A stretch of DNA of 64,000 nt, from NCBI RefSeq assembly GCF_964355755.1, contig NC_092678.1, forward strand, positions 21,035,365 through 21,099,364, read 5' to 3'. Shown piece after piece: positions 27,283-40,530 of this stretch (within the stretch, counting starts at the first letter, position 1; each line of letters begins with the position of its first letter). The position numbers were made by a program, and so were the translations under genes. Under the pieces are notes generated by a model. It was not told the DNA's origin. It saw nothing but the letters and a program-made list of their open reading frames with translations, and did not search any database. Origin of the DNA: Antedon mediterranea (Eukaryota > Animalia > Echinodermata).

Positions 27283-28352
27283 CTAATTTCCGTCGGCTTT
27301 GTTAGATAAACATTTCCCCCATTATGAATGATCAAATCTATTGAATGGAGTCATATTGACTTAAGGGCAAAGACGACGACTCTGCTGGTCAATTTTCAAC
27401 AATGCATGTTTATATTTCTCGAGGCTATAAGTGCGCTGTTGTATAATCGCGATACAGTTGTCCAATGGTTAACATTTTAGGTTAAAATGGCAGCTTACGT
27501 TATTAAGAGCCTGTTCAGATATGTTTACAATAGGCCTATTGTTAAACCCAAATTAACATGTATGTATAATGTATGGATGGATATAATACAAGCATGATCC
27601 ACGGGGAATTTACTCAATAATTTGTTACTGTTCGATGGACTAGTTTGGCACTTTATATACAACGGTGCAACCGATACATACACACACCGTATCATGTCTA
27701 GCGACAATTAACATCTTTCTGTATCGCGCCTTCTGGCAGCAACATTCATCCCATATTAGATAATATAGCGTTTCTCTATCTTCTGTTTAGTTTCTATCTT
27801 TAATAATAAAAAAAAAACAATAACGTGTATGCTTTTTTATCATAAGATACCAACTCGGGAATACTTTAGATAAATACTGGTGATTTTTAATTGTATGAAT
27901 GCGGTGCTGTCTTCTCGGCGAACACATTAGTTAAATGATAAATAGATAGGCCTAACATGGCTTCGACAAGTATACATATTTAGCTGAATTTTCTAACAAA
28001 TGAATTGATTAAACTGTCATAAAGCCTTGAGACGGTTTTTTGTTTACAGTTTCCAAAAACAATAAGTATGGTTAGTTCATGAATTATTGTAATTTGATAA
28101 TGAATTCAGAGCTTTGACTTGAGGTGTTATTAAAATATGTCATATTTTGTCAAACATCAATTATCATTTTTCCTAAGGCCAATTGCATTCGATTGAATTT
28201 GAATTAGCTATGTTTACTCAATCCATGCTGTATGTGCAGAATATATAAAAGAATATCCACAGATTATAGTTACCTTTTATAAAGGATCTATAGAAAATGC
28301 TGTAATAATGATAATATTAGCATTTTCAACACTAATTATTATTTCGACGTAA

Positions 28353-28500
28353 AGCTCTGTCTACACTAGCAAACTAGTTTGACAAAAAAAAGTGCCCAAA
28401 TATGGTAGTGATATACCCAAATATGGCAGTGATATCATAATGTCCATATATGGACACATCACATTTTGTTGTCACATAAAGTTTGATATTGTAGACATAG
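28353..28500. mobile_element. MITE family C copy
   Basis: TAA|AGCTCTGTCTACACTAGCAAAC...GTTTGATATTGTAGACATAG. Confidence 0.75.
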
Positions 28501-30256
28501 GTGGTGTGATACTCAAATTGTTGACAACAGCTATAGGTTTTTTTATTTTTGACCATGATTGACTAGGCCTATAAACAATTTGTCCATGGACTGACGCGCA
28601 TATAGGCCGATTGGTTGGTTTTTTTTTTTGTATGGTTGAAATAGATTTAAAAGTTGCCGTTCTTAATCAGCAAATGTAGTGATACGTATACACAGCATAA
28701 CAACCCATATAAAGCCTATTTTACATTAGTGAAATTTGTTTGCACGAATCTAAAGCGTCATGTTATACGCATTCGCGGAGTGGAAACATGAATGCGCATG
28801 CGTATAAGCTGACGCTTTCGATTTGTGCGAACACATTCGCCTTGTGGAAAATTCCGTTTCCTTGTGAACATTGTGCTTTAATTGCCTTAATTTCCTTCCT
28901 CGAAAATATCGCATATCATACGCGCGCGTACTAAATCTGTACTATCATTATCGACTTTTCAACGCTCACGTAAAACGTATGTACTGTCATTAATGATTTT
29001 AATGATTTTCGAGCTAAATTATTCTAAAAATAATTACGCCAAGGGAGGAGGTTCGCTGGAATGAAATGGGATTTTTTCGCGTTATTGAAAATATATCTTG
29101 AAGCGATTGATCTCATTCTGTGAGATTATCAGCATTCAGTTATGGCATATATTGTCTGACTGCCATAACCATTCTAAATCCAATTGCAAGTACTGTAGGC
29201 TCAATTCACCCGATTATCCGTACTGTATCTTAATTTGTTCAGTATCTTTTCAAAGTTCCACGATACAGTATCACATATTCATCACATGTTACAGATTTAG
29301 GAGTGTTAACTGTGTCACGGTTACAACTGTGCTATAGGAATTTTAAGGTTAGCTTATGATTAAGATAACAACAATCTCACATATGATACTGTATCTAGAA
29401 ATGTGCATATTATTGTAATGTACAAATTACATTGTTATTGACATTTTCGTAGAAACCCTGAAAAAACCCTGGGAGGGATACCAATCTACTAATTAACATG
29501 TTATTAGGCCTAATCATCTTTAACCTCATCTATACTATGTTTTTTTCTCTGGCTTACAATTTCCAATCGTGTTAATTTTCTTTTCAATCTCCCAGTGTAG
29601 CATCTTTGTAAGCTTCAAACGGATCAACGCAACCAGCGTCGATGTTTTGTCACAAGAATATGTCCAATATTATGATATTTCGATACATCAATTTCGTAAC
29701 ATGTTCTTATGTGTGTCTGCTCGAGGGTTACGCACGCGATCGAGAGATTACATGCAAAAGCGTAAAAATAACATACGACTCATATCTGCGTTTGTGTGTT
29801 TAGAGCTAGGCCTATTTCCAAGGCATTAATTAGGTGTCGAAATGTCTATTTAGCCTTAGGACAAGACTTTAAATCTAGTGCACTATGGTAAATTAGTTTT
29901 TTGGAAAAATGACGACTTCAATGTTAAATTCAGGTTATGTACATAATAAAGTAAATGTAATATTTACATAAAAAATTTTTAAGTCAAATAATGATGGCGT
30001 CGTATATTTAGACATTTTCAGCATATGTTTGCACGAGCGTCGCCAAGGGGTTCGAAATGGCAATCCTGTATGTTATCCCTTGGTTTCTTAAATTATGTTA
30101 TATCATACAATTTGTCACCCTAATAAAAAAAATCGTCTTTGTTGTTTTCAATTTTTGTTTTTGTGGTTAATGTTGGGTTTCCACTTGAAGTTAACATAAT
30201 GATTTTGATTAGGCCTAGATTTATTTTGCATAAAACAGTGTTTTCATTGATTGTTC

Positions 30257-31003
30257 ACCCTACCCGAGCAGGAGTCCAACGAGGGTGTGTACCCGAGTAG
30301 GAGTCCTCCGAGGGTGTGTACCCGAGTAGGAGTCCTCCAAGGGTGCGTACCCGAGTAGGAGTCCTCTGAGGGTGCGTACCCGAGTAGGAGTCCTCTGAGG
30401 GTGCGTACCCGAGTAGGAGTCCTCTGAGGGTGCGTACCCGAGTAGGAGTCCTCTGAGGGTGCGTACCCGAGTAGGAGTCCTCTGAGGGTGCGTACCCGAG
30501 TAGGAGTCCTCTGAGGGTGCGTCCCCGAGTAGGAGTCCTCTGAGGATGCGTACCCGAGTAGGAGTCCTCTGAGGGTGCGTACCCGAGTAGGAGTCCTCTG
30601 AGGGTGCGTACCCGAGTAGGAGTCCTCTGAGGGTGCGTACCCGAGTAGGAGTCCTCTGAGGGTGTGTGCCCGAGTAGGAGTCTTTCAAAGGTGTGTACCC
30701 GAGTAGGAGTCTTCCAATGGTGCGTACCCGAGTAGGAGTCCTCCAAGGGTGTCTACCCGAGTAGGAGTCCTCCGAGGGTGTGTACCCGAGTAGGAGTCCT
30801 CCAAGGGTGCGTACCTGAGTAGGAGTCCTCCAGGGGCTCGTACCCGAGTAGGAGTCCAAGAGGGTGCGTACCCGAGTAGGAGTCCTCCGAGGGTGTGTAC
30901 CCGAGTAGGAGTCCTCCAAGGGTGTGTACCCGAGTAGGAGTCCTCCAATGGGTGTGTACCCGAGTAGGAGTCCTCCAAGGGTGTGTACCCGAGTAGGAGT
31001 CCT
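30257..31003. repeat. GC-rich 29-bp minisatellite, about 25 copies
   Basis: Unit GGGTGCGTACCCGAGTAGGAGTCCTCTGA. The lack of minus-strand stops produces three overlapping spurious ORFs. Confidence 0.95.
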
Positions 31004-33045
31004 AATATGGAGGGGTTGCTTCAAAGGCGTATCAACTGAACCTCTTCTTTCTTTCATTGATACTTGAAACTTTTCTTTTTTTATTCTTATTTTTTGTCGT
31101 GGTTGCATGTGAAGCTCAATAAAAAACTAAACAAAATCATGTAAAGCGATTCGAATTATTGTGTAAAAGATTAACATCTTAAAACATTGAATAAACCTGC
31201 TTAAGAATACTCTTTGTATTCCATTAAGTCATAGCCCTACATTATTTGTATTGATGATCGACACACCATTATATTATTTTTTTATTTTTTTTCTCATTTT
31301 AGTTTATCTAAGACGCGTCGCAACTAATTGGTGACGCGTCGCAACTCACCGATGACGCTTTTACATACATGTACGTCTGTGGTAATATAAGTAGAAACAT
31401 GTGTTACGTTTTATCCCGTCACTCATAGCTGTCATAATCTTCTGTTTTGAGAGGATTTTAGCATAACATTCAAAATGATGATCTTGAAACTTTCAAACAG
31501 AACAGATTTCCATTAGGTTAATCGCCTTAATTATTTTAATCACTCTTAAGTGCGTACATTGAGTGAATTTACTCCGAAGAGTATATAAATTAAAAGTACG
31601 TTTACTTTACATACATCAGGATATTAATAACATCAGTCCGAAATTCCTGAACGTGTTGTGAGAACCCAGAGGGCTGATGTATGTTTAGACTGACGATAAA
31701 CACACGACTGGAGCGTGCGTGGGGACCTGAAGCGTTATGATGCGATGTGTTTAGGCCTGGCGATAAACTCCCGGCGAGTGTGTCTAGTCACGCGCACAGG
31801 CTATTTTCACTGTTGTTCCCTGGTGTTTTGTATAATTGCGTACCATAATTATCAAATAAGTGGCACAGCGATTATAGAATTGTTTGGGAACTCTGTTCAG
31901 TGTTGTTTGGAAAAGAGCTAAGTACTTATCCGAAGCGGCACTTACATCCAAGAGTGACAATTAATAGATAATTAGGGAGAGTGATGTTTACCATGGATCA
32001 ACATCTCTTGTAGGTCTATTATAATATTGTATAATGTAAATATATATTGATGAATAAATGTGATAAATCACACGCTATTATAAGCTATGCGGTCTATAGA
32101 AAATAGCAACAACATATATAATTTATTTTTGAAAATAACTCTATCAACTAAAGTAAATAGAGAATGTATACATAAATATTTAGGCCTGAATATAAAACGT
32201 TTCTGTATACGTGTAGAGAACCCAAAACGCTAAGTGTATAGGCTTGTTGGCAGTGTATAGGCCCTAGTACGTGTCATGTTTAGTCCACCATCACACTGTT
32301 TGAAATAATTTTTTTCACATGTGCATTATGGCCGCTGTATTGTTGGATAGGCACCGCTGAGAGATATGGCGTATGCCAGAGTGTCGTTATGATGAGTACT
32401 GTATCTCGTCTGTACTACGCCCCTATATGACCACCTAGGTCATGGGACAACGAAACGAATTGTGGAAAGGGTTCATGCAAACTATCCCATCTGACATTGG
32501 CATATAACATACTTTTACAAAATCAAAGAATTGCCCACATTAGCACTTGCGAGGCCATAATTTATCGCGATAAATCCAAACAGCACCGATCTCATGTTTG
32601 AAGATCCCTGCGTTCGTCTTAATCGGGTATGTTGACTGTACCCCTTATACCAACTTAACCAGGTACATAACTTTGCCCAAATGGGCCCTGAGCAATACTG
32701 TAATAGGTCTAAGCCCGGTGAAATTGAATTTTTGGAGAAGGCAAGAAGGAGGCGGTAAGACACTGCTATCTGGCGGCTACAACAAGCTTTACAATCATCA
32801 TCCACAGCCTAATAAGTTTTCAGATGATTAAGAAATCGGACGGTTTTCTCTGTGATTGATTTATATGCTAGTTGTGTAAGTATAGTTATGTAATTACACA
32901 GTATTATAGTTAATACAGATGCACCGGGTCTAATGAGATATTTTATTGACAAAAGCTTTCAGCGCTTCGTGATTTCCTCGGGTTATCTGACCCATCCACT
33001 CCACACGCGCGTCGCTCTCACGTCATACGCGTTACAAATGAAAGG

Positions 33046-33868
33046 GATAGAAAGAAGAAAAAAACGATACATGTTGTGTACCTCCTAAGCCTTGTCTACA
33101 CTATCAAACTTTATGTGATGTGTCGATATATGGACATGGTGATGTCATATCACTGCCATATTTAGGAATATCACTACCATATTTGAGAGTGAGGGGAGAG
33201 AGAGAGATAGAAAGAAGAAAAAATGATACATGTTGTACCTTCTAAGCCTTGTCTACACTATCAAACTTTATGTGATGTGTCGATATATGGACATGGTGAT
33301 GTCATATCACTGCCATATTTAGGAATATCACTACCATATTTGAGAGTGAGGGGAGAGAGAGAGATAGAAAGAAGAAAAAACGATACATGTTGTACCTTCT
33401 AAGCCTTGTCTACACTATCAAACTTTATGTGATGTGTCGATATATGGACATGATGATGTCATATCACTACCATATTTAGGAATATCACTACCATATTTGA
33501 AAGTGAGGGGAGAGAGAGAGATAGAAAGAAGAAAAAACGATACATGTTGTACCTTCTAAGCCTTGTCTACACTATCAAACGGTATGTGATGTGTCGATAT
33601 ATGGACATGATGATGTCATATCACTACCATATTTAGGAATATCACTACCATATTTGAGAGTGAGGGGGAGAGAGAGAGAGATAAAAAGAAGAAAAACACA
33701 CGGATACATGTTGTGTACCTCCTAAGCCTTGTATAAACTATCAAACGGTATGTGATGTGTCCATATGGACATGATGATGTCATATCACTGCCATATTTAG
33801 GAATATCACTACCATTTGGGCACATCACACTTGTTTCGTCAAACTAGTTTGATATTGTAGACAGAGCT
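33046..33868. repeat. ~157-bp tandem repeat (flank plus left part of MITE C, x4) ending in a complete MITE C
   Basis: AAGCCTTGTCTACACTATCAAAC (last copy diverged) recurs at about 33088, 33244, 33401, 33558 and 33724. Only the last copy carries the right TIR GTAGACAGAGCT. Confidence 0.9.
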
Positions 33869-36015
33869 TTACTATGGGGGCTCTAGTATTATACTTATGA
33901 AACGCCATGTGTGACAACATATTAAGTGGACATTCAGCCGTCTACTTCGAGTATTTGCGAATATAAAAAAATATTGACATTCATATCTATCAAGATGGTA
34001 TTTGGAAACAATATAAATATCTTCGTTATTGCATTGAGATATTAATTTCAGAATACAATATCTCTTGGTTCGGTAGTTCAGCAACGGACACTTAACGAAC
34101 TTCCGGAGGCATTAGATGGGGTAAACAAACGCGATTTTTGTGAGTAAATCAGTCAATATTGATATAGTCTGTGGTCATTATTGTGCCCTCGGGCTTCGCA
34201 GTCTTGCGCCAGTCGATGTTTTTGTTTTTCGCAATGCAACGTTAATTCCTGATTTCATTTCGTCGTCTGATATTCTAGACATACGAGATAGTAAATCCGT
34301 GTATGAGTGTTTATCCTTTAATCAAACATCTAAATGATTTGAATATATTTGCATATTTATATTTTGGTCCAGATTATCCATACATATCTAATCGCACCGG
34401 TGCTAATCGTGATTTTCGTATCTGGTGTTATAATTAATTAATTAATTAAAACTAACGACTATACGTAGCAAATACGCCGACAAGTAATAATTACCGTACG
34501 GTTCACCACAAAGTAGGCCTAACAAATATGAAACGATTGTTTGTGCACGTAGAAGTTCACAGGGGGAAATGCGGTGTCGTAAAGTTGGGTTGATCCGACG
34601 AAGTGCAAAAATAATAATTCATTTTAGGGCCTGGGAAAATCCTCTTTGCTTAAATATTCCAAATTCTTCTTAAAGTTCAACTCTACATGAAATTTAAAGA
34701 TCTGCTTTATTTTTCTTACTCGCTACGGTGTGAATGCTCACACGTATAGAAGATTTAGTATTTATGTTTCACAGCGGGTTAGGGAGTCAGAGTAAAGAAG
34801 TTAGAAAAGTATATCCTTAACTGCGTGATACTAATAAAAATGCTTACATTCGCCAAAATTATATTAGGACATTTTTTTTGCAAGTATGAATACATGACGC
34901 GATGTGTTCATCGATTGTTTAACCATGATTTGGCGTAATCGCAGAAGCTTTCACTACATATATCGGTCTCTAAGAAGCGTGGTGAACGTATGTTACGCTC
35001 TATGACGTCATATTTGTCATTTAATTTGTTTAATTCATTTTCATTTTTTCGATTTCATTCTGTAACTGTCACTAGATAAAGTCTGACTGACCATCGTAAT
35101 TCGTAAAACCGACAATAACTGAATGAATCCCCGAACAACGACAAACCGAACGACAACCTCTATAGTGGCCAAACCCAACCCTTTCCAAACCATCCAAAAA
35201 TGTTATTCGTATCAGAAGTCGCTATGTAATCGAGTTTAATATTATCATAATTTGATTATGATTACTCAATTTAATATTGATTATTTGAGGTGACCTCGTA
35301 ATGACCCAAGCGCTTCAAGGATTTTCAATTACTCTGGTAGATTACAGTAAATAATACCTGCGTTATTATTAGTATCCAATAAGATATTGAAATTTAAATG
35401 CTTATATCGGATAGTTAATGAAATCGTGGAGAAACAATCAACTCCGTGGTAACTGTATTCACTGTGTCTTATTATAATAAATGTCATTGTCTTGTATAAT
35501 TTTTTTTTTTTTCTTTGAATAGTAACCCAACCTGTTGTTTTTTTTTCTTTTACAACGAAACTCACTCACTCACTCACTCACAGGTATTTAACAACTCTAT
35601 TGTCTATTTGTTTCTTGTGTGTTGCATGTCGAACATTGGTTTCTTGTATTAGAGGGATAGCTAAAACTAGTTAGCCTGTCAGTTTTCACATAATGTCTAT
35701 CTATACATTGTATAATAAACACTCCATTGTGGTATTTATACAGTTTTGTTTTCTTTCTTGGATGTTGTCGGACATTTGAGTTAAAATGATCATTCTGTCA
35801 GTTTTCGTATGTCCATTCGGTGTATTTATGAATGTTTAAAGGCTTAATACGTTTATTTGCCGCGAGTGTATGTGGCGTTGTCGAACCTAGTTTCTTGAGA
35901 TGGACAGTACAGATAAACATATTAACCTAAAGGCCAATTACCACAGAAGCGGTTACGGTAAGCGGGACATCGCGTAGCTTTTCCCACGTATAATCTGTAT
36001 CTAAAGCTCTTTTAA

Positions 36016-36155
36016 CAATTGTGTTTGCACCCGCCTGCGTGAAATCAAACCTGCGATGTTTGCAGCACTATTGCGTCGTCCCACTTGTGATTACGCAATA
36101 CAGCACTTTGCGTCAATACGTCGCGCTGCGTTGCGTCGTAGTGGGAACCACGCTT
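36016..36155 (-). mobile_element. MITE B partial copy, reverse orientation
   Basis: Reverse complement of the left two-thirds of 25647-25852, ending TAGTGGGAACCACGCT|TAA. Confidence 0.7.
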
Positions 36156-36571
36156 AAACCCGACCGCTCTGCGTTGTGTGTAAATATAATCATAAGGAAT
36201 AACATAGATTCTATATTTTTATTACCGTTACCGCTCATCTGTGTAATTGGCCTTCAATCAAAGTAACATTTATTTCTCTTGTCTTTCATAGAAAATAAAA
36301 ATTAACTGTAGTCATATCTTGTTTGTTTGCGTGTATGCCAATTTACAGTTGACATTTGGTGTTTTGAATTTATGAATTTTTGTCATTAATATTGTAATGG
36401 GTTTCGATGAATTCGGCAATAAAAATGTATTCAACAACAACATGCTGTACTACATCCGGGTAATCACGTTATTTTGATCCCGTATCTAATACCCATCATT
36501 CATTAGTAACTTTGTCCTAATGGGCCTTTTACATTAATAAACCCATATTTTATATTAGAAACTAATGTTAA

Positions 36572-36886
36572 AGATGTATTGTCCCCCAAAAACATGAAAA
36601 AAAAGAAGATTAATTAAATCAGACTTTGAATAGTTTATTTGTAGTTATAATACAGTTAATTACTTCCAAAGAAAAAAAACGATGAAAAAAAATGTTTTCA
36701 CTTATAAAATAACATGATATATGGTTATATTCAACAAAAAATTTGACAATATTTTGCTTTAAATTACAGTTTTTTTCAGGTAATTATATTTTGTTTCGAT
36801 CCAATTTTTGGTCAAAGTGGTTAACTATTACATGTCACATTAAAATGGAATATTCAACAAAAATTTGTTTAAGAATTATTTTTCAA
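36572..36886 (+). mobile_element. Kolobok-like TTAA element, right end lost
   Basis: TTAA|AGATGTATTGTCCCCC... with a body matching 47758-48112. Confidence 0.7.
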
Positions 36887-37232
36887 TTATTTCTCGTTAT
36901 TCCTTTCCCTATATTCCATTATTTCGTGTGGTGTTTTTTTTTTCGTTTTCGTCCTAATACAATAATAATATTATGTTCAGTATTCATATTTCCCTTTTGA
37001 TTAATTTTATTTCCTATGAATATATTCAATAACTATGGTTTCAACGATTACGGTGTAATTTGAGACGTTAATCTGTATTTTGATAGAGGTCTGGCTAGCT
37101 ATTCCCCGAGTTTGATATTGCAATCACTGGCGGCTATTCTGAAAAGCCTTTAATCTATTCGAAAGAAGACATTACATTTGATAATGTTCCTCTATGTTTA
37201 GAAACAGGAGTCTGCGATACAGTTAAAACTAA

Positions 37233-38245
37233 AGCTTGGTTCACACTAGAAACGCAACACAAGGACGTAAAGCTAAGCAACGTAAAGCTTGGTTCCCACT
37301 AGATGCAACATTAGGACGTAACGCAACGTAAAGCTTGGTTGTCACTAGACGCAACATAAGGACGTAACGCAACGTAATGCTTGGTTGTCACTAGACGCAA
37401 CATAAGGACGTAACGCAACGTAAAGCTTGGTTGTCACTAGGAACGCAACACAAGGACGTAACGCAACGTAAATCTTGGTTCCCACTAGACGCAACATAAG
37501 GACGTAACGCAACGTAAAGCTTGGTTCCCACTAGACGCAACATTAGGACGTAACGCAACGTAAATCTTGGTTCCCACTAGACGCAACATAAGGACGTAAC
37601 GCAACGTAAAGCTTGGTTTCCACTAAAGCTTGGTTCCCACTAGAACGTAACGCAAGGATGTAAACGCAACGCAAGCGTTTTAACCAATGACAAGCGAAGT
37701 TATAGGCATTTAGCAATCACAAGCGAATAAGCCATCGCTTGTGATTGGTCAATTCACTTACGTTGCGTTACGTCCTTGTGTTGCGTCGCCAGTGGGAACC
37801 ACGCATTAAAACGCAACACAAGAACGTAACGCAACGTAATGCTTGGTTCCAATTAGGACGTAAACGCAATGCAAGCGTGTTGACCAATGACAAGCGACAG
37901 TGATTTTGATTGGTCAACTTACTTACGTTGCGTTACGTCCTTGTGTTGCTTCTCTAGTGGGAACCAAGCATAAGTGATTTGACCGATGACAAGCGGTGAA
38001 ATATTCAAACTGTCTGTTGTCATTGGTCAACTTGCTTGCGTTGTGCGTCTACGTTTTTGCGTTGTGTCCTAGTTGGAACCAAGCTTAAAGCGTTTGTTCC
38101 GACTTGAACGAAACGCAAGGACGTAAGATCACATCAAATACTTTGACCAATCACGACGCGGTGGATCATTTGAACTGTTGCTTGTGATTGTTCAACTTAT
38201 TTGCGTTGCGCTTATGTTCTTGCTTTGTTTGGTAACCAAGATTTA
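37233..38245. mobile_element. MITE A cluster: ~46-bp left-terminus tandem array, nested intact 179-bp copy, further copies
   Basis: AAGCTTGGTTCCCACTAGACGCAACATAAGGACGTAACGCAACGTA occurs about 8-9 times. A copy at about 37628-37806 is inserted within a TIR, and more right halves follow to 38245. Confidence 0.85.
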
Positions 38246-38649
38246 AATTCATGGTAAAGGCTAGTATGGGATTCAGACGGAGTTTTGACTTAATATAAGT
38301 AAAAAAGATAAATATTTTGGCACATATGGCGTTTCATATGTATACTGCTTGAGCTCGAAATAACTACAGACTTGGGGCAAGTCTAGGTTGTATAGGCCTA
38401 CTCACGTATATGTAATGAAATATGACAGACACATTATGTTCAGTATCTCATATATTGTACTTGTGTATTATTCAAGTCTTTTATATTTTGGTCATTAATT
38501 ATCTTTCGAGCTTTAGATTCGGGACGATAGAAGAAAGATGACATCGTCCAGAAACGCTATAAATTAATTAGCTAATTAATTTAATTAGACCTAATTTTGA
38601 CGACGACGTACATTGATTAATATAAAGTTCGCCACGAATGTAACTAGTT

Positions 38650-38826
38650 AGTTCTCTCTATGATATTCATTCGGGAGAATAAAGGTCAAAGGTTAACGTC
38701 TTCTGGTTGTATAGATATAGCACTATCGAGACTCTACCTAGTTCTTTCCATGCAATTCATTTGGGAAAATAAAGGTCAAAGGTTAACATCTTCTGGTTGT
38801 AAAGATATAGCACTATCGAGACTCTC
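38650..38826. repeat. 84-bp direct duplication
   Basis: GGGA(G/A)AATAAAGGTCAAAGGTTAAC(G/A)TCTTCTGGTTGTA...CTATCGAGACTCT x2. Confidence 0.85.
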
Positions 38827-39120
38827 CCAATTCTCCAGTCAACATTCGTATAGTCAACAAAATGAGTGTAAATACACGGTACGATGTATGAATCTAAATT
38901 ACTTTATTTTAATGTGTTCACCTGGGAAGGTTATTTTATGATTTTCACAATATTGTAATTACCTGGACAATAATAAAAACCTTGTTGACGTGGTAACGTG
39001 CCTTACAGAATGTTCAAAGCACTATTCACTGCACGCCTGAGAATCGATATAAACGGGCCTTGATAACGTGTTAGCAACTATGCGCAGTTGTGTTGGGCGC
39101 AGTGAACATTATGCTAATTA

Positions 39121-39597
39121 AGGATTGGTTCCTACTATATAGTACACAAAGATTTAAGCACATCGCAAGTTGACTAATCATAAGAAGCGATGGGTTATTC
39201 TGCCTCTCTGCGTTGCATATACATCCTTGCGTTGCGTCCACGTTATTGCGTTGCGTCTACATCATTGCGTTGCGTCTACTTTATTGCGTTGCATATACAT
39301 CCTTGCGTTGCGTCCACGTTATTGCGTTGCGTCTACATCATTGCGTTTCGTCTACTTTATTGCGTTGCATATACATCCTTGCGTTGCGTCCACGTTATTG
39401 CGTTGCGTCTACGTTATTGCGTTGCGTCTACTTTATTGCGTTGCGTCTACATCCTTGGGTTGCATTTACATCCTTGGGTTGCGTCTACGTTATTGCGTTG
39501 CGTCTATATATCCTTACGTTGCGTCTACTTTATTGCGTTGCGCCTACGTCTTTCCGTTGCGTCTACGGCCTTGCGTCTCTAGTGGGAACCGAAGATT
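39121..39597. mobile_element. MITE A with expanded ~19-bp subterminal repeat
   Basis: TTGCGTTGCGTCTAC+4 nt occurs about 19 times between a degenerate left TIR and CTAGTGGGAACC. It is the source of the Cys-rich ORFs at 39170-39700. Confidence 0.8.
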
Positions 39598-40168
39598 TAA
39601 ACCTAGATCCCAGTATATGGGCGCTGTTTTCGTTTTGTGCATTTTTTCACTTTTGTCTACTATATTACAAATTGTAGGCGCCATTTTCGACCGTGAATAA
39701 TCTTCACTTTTGTGTACTACTATTAATAAATGTGATAATCTTATATATATCCTACTTTTTCTTTCATTTCTGTAAGAAGGGAAATACCCACTCCCACTGC
39801 TCCTCGCATAATAGACAACAACGAAGGGTTTGAGAATCTATATTTGCTGATTATCCGCCGCTCAAAACAGCTCAATCGAATACGGCTATATTAAGGGAGG
39901 GATTATCCGAACTGGCACTGTGATTGGTCAATTACTTGCGTCGCGCATATGTTTGTCGCGTCATATTCACGAGCTAAATTCAAAAGGTGGGATGTCCATG
40001 TGACGCAAGAATTCAAGTCTTCCAGACACAATTTTGGCTGTTTTAATATTTATTTAATATTAATTATATATAATATTATTAATTGTAATATTCTTTTGGA
40101 CCTCAGTGAGGTCGGGTATTAGGAGAGCCGATGTTATATAATACCACAGTCAGATTGTTGTAGTGTAA

Positions 40169-40530
40169 AGCGTGGTTCCCACTAGAATGCAACGCAGCGA
40201 CAAGGTGCTGTATTGCGTAATCACAAGTGGGAACCGACGACGCAATAGTGCTGCAAACATCGCAGGTTTGATTTCCCGCAAGCGGGGGAAAACAAAATTA
40301 TTGGAATGGTATTTTCTAAAGCGACGCGACGCAACACAAGGACGTAACGCAACGCAAGTGAATTGATCAACAATCACAAGCAATGGCTTATTCGCTTGTG
40401 ACTGCTAACTGTCTATAACTTCGCTTGTCATTGGTTAAAACGCTTGCGTTGCGTTTACGTCATTGCGTTACGTTCTAGTGGGAACCAAGCTTTACGTCGC
40501 GTAGGTTGCGTCGCTAGTGGGAACCAAGCT
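40169..40530 (+). mobile_element. MITE B containing a nested MITE A (40320-40491)
   Basis: The B sequence resumes (TTACGTCGCGTAGG) after the A copy. The empty site is visible in the B copy near 25805. Confidence 0.8.

Noticed and set aside
30255-31108. 282-, 163- and 97-aa repetitive ORFs
   Set aside because: All three frames read through a 29-bp minisatellite with no minus-strand stop. There is no splice or domain evidence.
32380-32465. Hammerhead-like TGATGA...CGAAAC
   Set aside because: The core C is missing, stem I is absent, and stems II and III cannot be formed convincingly.
39170-39700. Cys/hydrophobic-rich ORFs in three frames
   Set aside because: They are translations of an expanded MITE subterminal repeat.
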